From: a virus
IMG/VR virus record: IMGVR_UViG_3300023251_000001
Coordinates: 7,606 to 71,605 of that record
DNA length: 64,000 nucleotides
Reading direction: 5' to 3' (one strand)
Under the pieces are notes generated by a model. The model was not told where the DNA came from, made no database searches, and saw only the letters and a list, made by a program, of their open reading frames with translations. This document shows positions 26,035 to 33,994 of the stretch, one piece after another; within the stretch, counting starts at the first letter, position 1, and each line of letters begins with the position of its first letter. Both the position numbers and the translations under genes were made by a program.

Positions 26035-27372
26035 TTAACTCAATCCTTGTTCGTACTCTACCATCCACTTAAGAGCCGAAGCTGAGAAGCCACAAATATT
26101 AACCCATGGGCCATATCCGATAGAATTCTCGTAGGACGCGACATCCATCATATAGCCTCTTCCATCTGGAGCAGGAACATTCGACCGGGACTGCATGTCA
26201 GAGACAAAGATCGTCCTGTCAAATCCTGGAGCAGCTTTCTTAGCAAATCTGTAAGCTTGCTGAAAGTCAGTCCCGTGTCCAACTTGCCCAGAACTGAATG
26301 AATCTACAAACGCGAAACCTCTACGTGCAGGAACTTCAATCGTAGTAGAAGCAAACGAGAAGGCTCTTACCTCTTCTCCTAACTCCCTGATCATAGAACC
26401 AAACACAGCGCCAGCTTCTTGTGCGGTAACCACCGACCTTCCGGAGATGGTCGTCTGCATAGATCCAGACGTGTCAACGAGCAGTCTAGTCTTGCCTTTC
26501 AACTTAGGCTGCGACTCCAAAGCCCTAAGCATCAAGGTTTCTAGCTCAGTTTCGAAAACTGGCTCAATCTTTGCCGCAACGTAGAAACGGAAAGGCAAAA
26601 CTCTACTAACGTTCAACGACAGTAGGTATTCCTTGATCTTGTAAGTATCAATGCCTGCTTCTGTCATGTTACGCAGGTTTCTGATGGCGGCCATCGCACC
26701 AAGCTTGTTCTCTGCCATTAGCCTCTCGAAGGTTTCCCTCTTGCTGGCTCCACCTGACAATGCGACTTCCCAGGTGTCCGGAGACTCAAGAGTGTCGTCT
26801 GCTAACCTCTTGAAGACAGCTGCTTGCTCTTCATCCTTTGGCTTTGGCCTAGAGATAAACATAGCGTCTCGAAGCGTTACAGCACGATCCTTGCGGTTAT
26901 ACTTGCCTAGCCTGTAGGCGTCAAACTTGGTGAACGCATCAGCAATACCAAGTCTTAATTGCCTAGGGATAGACTTATTCTTATGCGGGTCGCTCGCGGA
27001 ATCACCAAGGAACATAGCAAGAATCTCGCCTAGCTCGTCAGGACGCTGGATTACGTTGTAAACCAAGTCCCTGATAAGGCTGTTGTTCTTCTTGTCCTTA
27101 AGCAATGAGGCGATCAACCAGAGAGGCGCATGCCTCAAATTGTAATCAGTCCTCGCTGTTACAGCAAGATTGGCAGCAAACTCAGGCTCGACATTCTTGA
27201 CTAAACTGGTAATTCTCTCAGCAATGCTTTCTCCTGACTCATAGAACGTGTCTTCGAATAGCATGCATGAAAGGACAGACCTAACCAAGTCCTGTTCTGC
27301 TGTAGTTCTATTTACCACAGCGCCTTCGTGAGTCCTTGGCGCAAAACCTGTAACCTTTCTGTTCGTCTGCAT
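26035..27372 (-). CDS. Ro60/Rsr-like TROVE-domain RNA-binding protein with vWA domain
   Basis: THEGA, LFEDTFYESG, IQRPDE, KFDAYRLGKY, PDTWEVALS, LGAMAAIRNLRN, VLPFRF, vWA LLVDTSGSM, HGTD, FVSDMQ; start MQTNRK (GGAGGG SD). Confidence 0.93.
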   Translation of the reverse strand: MQTNRKVTGFAPRTHEGAVVNRTTAEQDLVRSVLSCMLFEDTFYESGESIAERITSLVKNVEPEFAANLAVTARTDYNLRHAPLWLIASLLKDKKNNSLIRDLVYNVIQRPDELGEILAMFLGDSASDPHKNKSIPRQLRLGIADAFTKFDAYRLGKYNRKDRAVTLRDAMFISRPKPKDEEQAAVFKRLADDTLESPDTWEVALSGGASKRETFERLMAENKLGAMAAIRNLRNMTEAGIDTYKIKEYLLSLNVSRVLPFRFYVAAKIEPVFETELETLMLRALESQPKLKGKTRLLVDTSGSMQTTISGRSVVTAQEAGAVFGSMIRELGEEVRAFSFASTTIEVPARRGFAFVDSFSSGQVGHGTDFQQAYRFAKKAAPGFDRTIFVSDMQSRSNVPAPDGRGYMMDVASYENSIGYGPWVNICGFSASALKWMVEYEQGLS

Positions 27373-27422
27373 AATTCCCTCCTTTTCAGCTTGCACATAA
27401 TTGTGCAGCAACTACATCTTTA

Positions 27423-27493
27423 GCTCCTGCAACACGCGAGAACGGTGTTTTTTTATCCAATATAAGAAGTAACCGTACTCTTCAGCTAGGAGC
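27423..27493 (-). ncRNA. Y-RNA-like unit 4 (closest to Ro60 gene)
   Basis: GCTCCT..AGGAGC closing stem; AGCTGAAG..ACGGTTACTTC..CCGT..TGTTGC. Confidence 0.75.
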
Positions 27494-27500
27494 ATAATTT

Positions 27501-27584
27501 GAGACACTGTAACATTCGACCACGGTTATTGGCTTGTAGCCAGTTTCATTAGAAGAAGTATCCGTAATCTACAACTAGTGTCTC
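27501..27584 (-). ncRNA. Y-RNA-like unit 3
   Basis: GAGACACT/AGTGTCTC stem; ACGGATACTTC; 3'-strand GTCGAATG matches bacterial Ro-binding GNCGAAN(0-1)G. Confidence 0.8.
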
Positions 27585-27595
27585 GCATGTTTCAA

Positions 27596-27691
27596 GGACT
27601 GCAATATTCGATATCTGGATGTCAGGCTCGGCCAAGAGTTTCCACCAAACATCCAGATTTCTTAGGAGTATCCGCAATCTGCAGCTAGTCC
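27596..27691 (-). ncRNA. Y-RNA-like unit 2 (long hairpin insert)
   Basis: GGACT/AGTCC stem; GCGGATACTCC; ATCTGGATGT/ACATCCAGAT insert; ATCGAATATTGC. Confidence 0.7.
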
Positions 27692-27702
27692 CTAATCTTA
27701 AA

Positions 27703-27782
27703 GCACCGCAACGAGCGGAGACGGGTATGCCAATTAAGGCGTTCTGTAAGATAGAAGTAACCGTCATTCCTGCAGCTGGTGC
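27703..27782 (-). ncRNA. Y-RNA-like unit 1
   Basis: GCACC/GGTGC stem; AGCTGCAG..GACGGTTACTTC..CCGTC..CGTTGC. Confidence 0.75.
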
Positions 27783-27828
27783 CTATCTTTCTTGGCAGAA
27801 GTACACTATGCCAAGTTTTTAATCTTTT

Positions 27829-28071
27829 CTAATCGCTATCAATTTCGAACAAAGACATAGGTTCTTCTCTAGCTAAATTCACAGAGTGGAGATAGCCAGC
27901 GCAATACATTAGCATCGCCATCTCAACATCGTTGATAATGCCATCAAATCTGGCCGTAGTGACGATGTTTGCAATATCAAACGCATTCGAATCGCCTTCT
28001 CTGATACCAGCACGTTCAGCTGTATCTACAAAGTTGTCAATTCCAAAAAGCAATCGCATCGTTTCTTTCAT
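27829..28071 (-). CDS. small protein, first gene of the Y-RNA/Ro60 operon
   Basis: Start MKETMR with GAGGAGG SD, right after promoter 28093-28121. Confidence 0.65.
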   Translation of the reverse strand: MKETMRLLFGIDNFVDTAERAGIREGDSNAFDIANIVTTARFDGIINDVEMAMLMYCAGYLHSVNLAREEPMSLFEIDSD

Positions 28072-28092
28072 TTTTGCCTCCTCGATATTTAC

Positions 28093-28147
28093 AGTATAGC
28101 ACATTTCCACCCTTCCGTCAAGTCGTGCCAGAAAGACATTCGTCACC
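28093..28147 (-). promoter_or_regulatory. promoter plus upstream GACATTCGTCACC box
   Basis: TTGACG-17bp-TATACT; box 13 bp upstream of -35. Confidence 0.8.
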
Positions 28148-28831
28148 TATCCACTCTAGGAACATTTCTTCTGTTGAATGTCTCCCGTAAATACGGTGGA
28201 ATTTCTTATGGCACTCATCGCAGAGCGTCACGCCATTATTTAATTCAAAGCGCAATCCTGGGTTGTCTGTGAATCCTAGAATGTGATGCGCGTTTAGTTT
28301 TCCACGTAATTTTCCACATTTTTGGCACACAAACAAATCTCTTTCATAAACCATTTGACGCCACTCATAGTATTTTGGACTGCTTCGATCAGAATGCCTA
28401 TCGTCGTCTGTTTTATTTGGGTTCCAATTAGGATTTAGCGGACCTTTCCTAGTACTCATAACGTCTTTATGCAGACACCCACATGATTTTGTAAGCTCGG
28501 CAACAAGACTAGCCACAGGGATATATGCAAAATTTCCGCAATCACACCTACACTTCCAAACAACGCTACCATTAACCCTCTTGTCGGTAGGCTCTATGGC
28601 TACCAATCTTCCAAACCTCATCCCAGTTAAGTCTCGTTTACGCAACTCTCCTCTAAGGCACCCGCATGATCTTGTCCCACCTGTGGTAAGATGCGGGCTA
28701 GTGACGAGAGCGAGTGCGCCGCAGTCGCATCGACATCTCCATACAACGCCACAATCTTTTCTCATGTTAGTAGGCTCTATAACGACTAACCTTCCAAATC
28801 GCTGGCCGGTTAAATCTCTAATCTCGCTCAT
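28118..28831 (-). CDS. HNH homing endonuclease (copy 3 of 3)
   Basis: DLTGQRFGRL repeats; ERDLFVCQKCG..NAHHI..NGVTLCDECH. Confidence 0.9.
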   Translation of the reverse strand: MSEIRDLTGQRFGRLVVIEPTNMRKDCGVVWRCRCDCGALALVTSPHLTTGGTRSCGCLRGELRKRDLTGMRFGRLVAIEPTDKRVNGSVVWKCRCDCGNFAYIPVASLVAELTKSCGCLHKDVMSTRKGPLNPNWNPNKTDDDRHSDRSSPKYYEWRQMVYERDLFVCQKCGKLRGKLNAHHILGFTDNPGLRFELNNGVTLCDECHKKFHRIYGRHSTEEMFLEWIGDECLSGTT

Positions 28832-28859
28832 AGATACCTCTTAGTCGTTGATGTAGCTG

Positions 28860-28942
28860 CGGAAGGTGAGTGACTCGAACACTCATAACCTCTCGGTCAT
28901 ATCCGCTTTCAAAACGGATTGCTTTCCATTCGCCTACCTTCC
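28860..28942 (-). tRNA. tRNA-Ser(TGA)
   Basis: Loop TT-TGA-AA; long variable arm; G73. Confidence 0.88.
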
Positions 28943-29231
28943 GTTATTTCGCTCGCTTGATTATCGCGGGAATATCCCAATTCTAACTGGAATAACATCG
29001 CAGCTAAGAGCACGAGACTTCAGAGAAGCGGCCTGATTATCTGCCCCCGCCAACGTCTTGAATGTCCTGAGAGTATCGCTTGAGAATCTCACACGATCTT
29101 CCAGAAGCATTGGCTCCAACTTCCCGCGTTTATTTCTTTTCCAACAACTGTCAACCCCATTGTAGAAACTTCCATCGATGAACTGAATCGCGAATTCGTC
29201 TGTTTCAATCACGCTAAACATTTTCTTCATG

Positions 29232-29705
29232 TTAACCTCCCAAATTCACAGTGACTTGAACAACATTGCCGGACATCTTCTTCGCCGTCTTAATGGCTGA
29301 TGCCTCGATCTTGTAGATCGTTGGCAGCGTCCCGCTTTTCTTTGAAGTGAGTTGCGCTCTGCTTTGATAGCCAGTATTGTACGTATAAGACGGTTCCCAG
29401 CAATGGAACCAATGTTTGCCGTCTTTTGTTTCAACTACCCAGGCCGAACCAACTTCCTCGCCAAGATCAATGTCGCTTTCTACCTTGGCTGTACTTTCAA
29501 CCGTCAACACAGCATCAATTTCTCCATATGAAGAAACCTTATCCGTTTTGACGATTAGACCAGTGTCAATGTTGAGAAGACCGGCCTCAGTGGCAATTAA
29601 CAGAACATCTTTGCTCCCAACCTTTGCGGCTACTGGAATTCCCAGTGGGATATTCCCAGCCCTTGACGCTTTGAACACTTCTGCGCTAATCTTCATAATA
29701 ATCAC
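29232..29705 (-). CDS. hypothetical protein
   Basis: GGGAGGG SD; co-directional with neighbours. Confidence 0.55.
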   Translation of the reverse strand: MIIMKISAEVFKASRAGNIPLGIPVAAKVGSKDVLLIATEAGLLNIDTGLIVKTDKVSSYGEIDAVLTVESTAKVESDIDLGEEVGSAWVVETKDGKHWFHCWEPSYTYNTGYQSRAQLTSKKSGTLPTIYKIEASAIKTAKKMSGNVVQVTVNLGG

Positions 29706-29722
29706 CCTCCCAGATGTTATTT

Positions 29723-29808
29723 TGGTGGGTTGTGTAGGAATCGAACCTACGAAGTCCTTCGGACGCCGGATCTACAATCCAGAGCAATTGCCGCTATGCG
29801 AACAACCC
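29723..29808 (-). tRNA. tRNA-Tyr(GTA)
   Basis: Loop TT-GTA-GA; variable arm GTCC-GAA-GGAC; A73-CCA. Confidence 0.88.
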
Positions 29809-30316
29809 ATTATGTGTTAAAATGCAAACTTCTTATTCCATGTTTCAAGTATCACGTCTAACTCTTCCCTGTATTCTGCATTCTCAGTTGATGCCGCAGC
29901 AAGCTTCACTTTGTTCAGGTCAACTTTTATGCATCTGTCAGGCCGATAAATACGCCTCGTAAACAAAACGACTTCGCCTCTTCGTCTAGTAGGAATCGTT
30001 ACCCGTAGGTAATTTCCTCCAACTTCCACGATGAAAGCTACCGCTGAATCCAGTGAGCCTTGACGCATCGTAGGATAACATACGAAGTCCCCGATGTCAA
30101 GTTTCCTGTTAAGTTTATCTCTAGCCATTTCCCCACCCTAGCGCATTTTTAAGAGGCGCATATTCTTCTACGTCATCTGTAGCGTCTTCCCTGTAGGCTT
30201 CACTTCCGCAGTGAGGGCAATAAATCTCTTCGCCGTCGTCCAGAAAGAATCCCGAAATAGTCCATTTTGTCCCGCAATCCTCGCACTCAAGCATGTGAAT
30301 TTTCATCTTGAAAAAC

Positions 30317-30371
30317 ATTATACCCGAAAAACATGACGCCGTCAAGTTTATTGAGGTGGACATTCGTCACC
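30317..30371 (-). promoter_or_regulatory. promoter plus upstream GACATTCGTCACC box
   Basis: TTGACG-17bp-TATAAT; box 13 bp upstream of -35. Confidence 0.8.
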
Positions 30372-30752
30372 TTTTTGCTCCTTATGCCCGTTTATGCCCG
30401 TTGCTTTTCTCTCCTAAACACATTGTACGATATTCAGCGGCTATTTGTCAAGGGCTGAAATTCTCCCCCTATATACATCACGCGCACGTACGCGAGTTTG
30501 ATCTATGAATCTACTAGTATTATCATTCTACTGTTCTTGACTTTGAACTATAAACCTATACTAACATCATACCCGTCTCCGAGGGTGCTTTGATAACTTA
30601 CGGTCTAGTAGTGTTTGTAGTCTTTTAGTCCTGTAGTAAGTTATACAGAAAAGGTGACGAATGTCTTCTTTTTTTCACAGACAATCTTCCCCTCTAAAAA
30701 CGAAGATGATCAGCTTTTTTGGTGTATAATGGTGTTCAGGAGGAAAGAAAAT

Positions 30753-30923
30753 ATGGAAAATCTAGTACGCATTGAAGCAGTCGAGGGCAGTCCGTTGGAG
30801 ATTCAGTTGGTCGTTGATGCACTTGTCATTATGCAGGAAGAGGCCTGTCATCGTGCCAAGCTTGAAACAATTGCTAATCACCTGAAAGGCGTGATTAGAC
30901 GCGGACCCAACGTAGAACTATAA
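30753..30923 (+). CDS. lone plus-strand small ORF (56 aa)
   Basis: TATAAT at 30725, AGGAGG SD, hairpin terminator 30964-30998. Confidence 0.55.
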   Translation: MENLVRIEAVEGSPLEIQLVVDALVIMQEEACHRAKLETIANHLKGVIRRGPNVEL

Positions 30924-31098
30924 CTGGAATACCCGTATTCTCGTTTCGAACCCGCGAATACAAAGCCAGGACGAGACACCTCCCGTTTCGTCCTGGCTCA
31001 TTTTTAATACGCAAATGGAGGCCACTTATCTTCAGGCCAGATCATAATAGCAATCGTCATGACGATACAGACATACAACAACACTAATCGCCAGTCCA

Positions 31099-31524
31099 TT
31101 ATCGTTCGATCCGCCATAGTCCATCAGGCGCTGGAACGAATGTAGTAGATCCTCCATCATTGTCGAATGCAGTTACTGAGATGGGATACCATCCGACACC
31201 AGGAAATTGGTATGTAATCATCTCCGACTCATCGGCCATACGGTCTGTGTTCTGGTTATTGCCGATCCTAAACGTATGGCCATCAACACGAATAACCCAT
31301 GAGACAATATAGCCGTCTGGATCATAACCCTTGCCGTAAATGTCGTATTCGAAAGGAGCATGCTGTTGTATCCCGTTTGGTGAATGGATAGCCCCGAAAC
31401 CGATGACTGGTAGTTGGTTTGACCCGGTTTGAGACAAAACCGGATCATCGATTATCAAACAACCAGACAACGCCATCGGAAGCAAAAACGCTACTGCAAT
31501 CGCTACAAAAATTCTCTTATTCAT
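31099..31524 (-). CDS. lipoprotein with PKD/Ig-like domain
   Basis: LSGC lipobox; YDPDGYIVSW...G.Y.ISVTAFDNDG PKD signature. Confidence 0.75.
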   Translation of the reverse strand: MNKRIFVAIAVAFLLPMALSGCLIIDDPVLSQTGSNQLPVIGFGAIHSPNGIQQHAPFEYDIYGKGYDPDGYIVSWVIRVDGHTFRIGNNQNTDRMADESEMITYQFPGVGWYPISVTAFDNDGGSTTFVPAPDGLWRIER

Positions 31525-32105
31525 CTCAAACCTCCCACTCCATTCTTGCTTTAGCAAACATCTTCAGAGCATGCCAAACCTGCGAGTCAATGAAGATTGG
31601 ATCTGACTCACTGATTCCATCGAACGTATAAAGCTCGATCATACCGGCATCTTTCTCAGCATACACTCCATCACCGAGATACATTCTACCGTTTTCTTCC
31701 ATGTTAAACCTCCTTGCAAAGGCCGGTTAAGGCCTTTGCGCCATTACTATAACCGATATCACTGCGCTTGTCAAGCTATGCCTGATCTTCGTCCACCCAA
31801 TAGTATTTACGGCCTTCTACTTCTGGCAGTAGAATGTAAGGCCTGTCCTCAAAAACAACATTTCCATCGATGTCCTCCAAATCCATGTTGATAAACAGGC
31901 TGAGTATATCTCCGTAGTGTCCGTTGATATTTATCATGCCAACACTCTTTCGGCTAAAAAACCTACGCTTAGTCCCTTTAAGAGCGATCTTGTATTTACC
32001 GTACCATACATCTTCATTGAACACCAGAGTAGTTTGTTCATTCAAATCTTTCTTACGCAAACGCCTTCGTTTTCCTTTGTACATATGTCCTCCTATTTTA
32101 GGCGA

Positions 32106-32648
32106 CTAAGTTGATTCGCTAAGTTCATCTTCCAACTGTTTCATGTCTCTTTGTTTCATAAGCAACGAAATTTCATCTAGCGATATTGGCCTTCCAAATA
32201 CATCCCATCCTACATCCATCGACAACCCGAAGTCTGGTTGAGTACCATGCCAGTGTCCGTACAGATGAATCGATCCATATTCCCTCTGCTTCCACGTCCT
32301 ATGCGCGTAATGGGATAGGAAGAAACCCTTCGATGTCTTCAATTCCTTCGAACCAAGCCACTTAACGTCCTGTACAGACGAGAACATCTCTTTTTGCCAT
32401 AGTTTAAGACTGTCATGGTTGCCTAGGATCAAATGAATGCGTCCGTTAAGCCTGTCAACGAAGTCTTCTGGATGATACCAAGCAAAGTCGCCCAAATGGT
32501 AAACCGTGTCGCCTGGACGAACGGTCTGATTCCATCTTGCTACGATGCCATTGTTCATGTCTTGAACAGTCTCATATTCAGGTCGATACTTATGAGCTAG
32601 TACAGCATGCTCAAAGTGCGTGTCAGCTGTGAACCATGTGTTGTGCAT
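32106..32648 (-). CDS. calcineurin-like metallophosphoesterase
   Basis: FTADTHF, HLGD, GNHD, SHY, HLYGHWH motifs. Confidence 0.9.
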   Translation of the reverse strand: MHNTWFTADTHFEHAVLAHKYRPEYETVQDMNNGIVARWNQTVRPGDTVYHLGDFAWYHPEDFVDRLNGRIHLILGNHDSLKLWQKEMFSSVQDVKWLGSKELKTSKGFFLSHYAHRTWKQREYGSIHLYGHWHGTQPDFGLSMDVGWDVFGRPISLDEISLLMKQRDMKQLEDELSEST

Positions 32649-33022
32649 GCTACCACTCCTTGTTGTGATTGTGATCCTCTTTTTTCTCAAACTCGACGGA
32701 CGAAGCCAAGAAGTTAAGTAGAGAGAAAGGCTGGGCATCATCCACGTCGCCTGTATCTTCTATTGACTCCGCAAGACGCAATAGCAACCGGTTTGTCAGT
32801 GCCTGTCCGTCTGCAATACGCTCAAGAGCATTTGCGATTGCTACAAGAGAATCAGCTATAACAATTTCTGGACTTTTTCCGTCCATTATTTCTCCCCTGC
32901 TATAATTGGAGTATCATCCTTTGGCGCAAACGCACCGCATACAGGGCATTCCAGCATACTTGAGTCTCCTTCAACTTCCTGCATGTCTCGATAACCACAG
33001 TTAATGCAAAAATACTTCTTCA

Positions 33023-33274
33023 TTATTCTACCTCCACGCTTACGATTACTTCCAGAGGATTTAAGTTCAAATCTCCTCCACGAACATATCTGACCAGTAG
33101 TATTTCATTCTCCTGTGATACGAGCCATAGGACATCAGAGCCATCTACAGAAGTCAACGTTGCTTCTGGATATCTCTGAGCAACAAAATTCCTTATACTC
33201 ACCTGTCCTTGGCATCCGGATATGAGCAAACCAATGAACAGGACTGCCAACGCGATGACTATTCTTTTCTTCAT
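33023..33274 (-). CDS. small lipoprotein
   Basis: MKKR + hydrophobic stretch + ISGC lipobox. Confidence 0.65.
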   Translation of the reverse strand: MKKRIVIALAVLFIGLLISGCQGQVSIRNFVAQRYPEATLTSVDGSDVLWLVSQENEILLVRYVRGGDLNLNPLEVIVSVEVE

Positions 33275-33570
33275 AAGTGCTTCCTTAGTGTATTTTCAGC
33301 ATTTTCCTGACCTACGAAAAGATGTCCGACGAACTTACCTTCCAATAACTGATAACTGTCTAGGTATTGCCAATTACGGACATGCGCCGACTCTAATCCA
33401 GTGCCAACTGTCATGAATTGTCTGGTGACAAATGGGTTGCTTAGATCTACGTGCCACCACATAACTAACTTACCATGCTGCCAATCCATCTTGAGAAACT
33501 TAGCCCCACTTGGCATAGCTAGAGAGAAGTCGCGTACTTCAGTCACTGGGTACTTGTACACTGTCATCAT
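33271..33570 (-). CDS. conserved phage hypothetical protein
   Basis: VYKYP...MPSGAK.L...F.TVGTG...YL.SYQ....VGHLF. Confidence 0.65.
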   Translation of the reverse strand: MMTVYKYPVTEVRDFSLAMPSGAKFLKMDWQHGKLVMWWHVDLSNPFVTRQFMTVGTGLESAHVRNWQYLDSYQLLEGKFVGHLFVGQENAENTLRKHL

Positions 33571-33793
33571 TTTCTATCTCCTTGAATTTTTTCTCAATAG
33601 CTTCAAGCTCCAGTATAGCCTGTTCGACTACCCCAACATTAAATTCGTCATCGCCGTCAACTCTTTTGATGCACTCACGAATCCATCTTGTTTTCATCAT
33701 CCACCTCCTGCTACTTGTGGGCCACAGGCCATGAAAAGCACTGCCATAAACGCAATGATAAACGCTAGTCCTAAACTTGTCAAGACATACTGC

Positions 33794-33994
33794 TTAATCA
33801 TCTTCTTCTTCGCTAGTTTCACGCTTTCTCCTTCCGAGCCTCTTATTAAAGCTAGTTGAAGCCGAATGCGGAGAAGGTGCATCTCCCCCACATAGGCCGC
33901 ATTCAGCGCATTGAGCATAGAACCACACGCCTTCATTATTCTTAGAATGAACAATCAGATGATCGTGTGGACATTTGTCCGTCTTTCTAACCAC
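33794..33994 (-). CDS. Lar-like zinc-ribbon protein, putative
   Basis: KCPH...YAQCAECG. Confidence 0.4.
   Translation of the reverse strand: MVRKTDKCPHDHLIVHSKNNEGVWFYAQCAECGLCGGDAPSPHSASTSFNKRLGRRKRETSEEEDD

Noticed and set aside
27423-27782. CRISPR array interpretation of the four repeats
   Set aside because: Repeats are bipartite and degenerate, each unit has its own closing stem, there are no cas genes, and adjacency to Ro60 fits Y RNAs.
27549-27822. ORFs across the Y-RNA array
   Set aside because: Better explained as ncRNA units; no SD.
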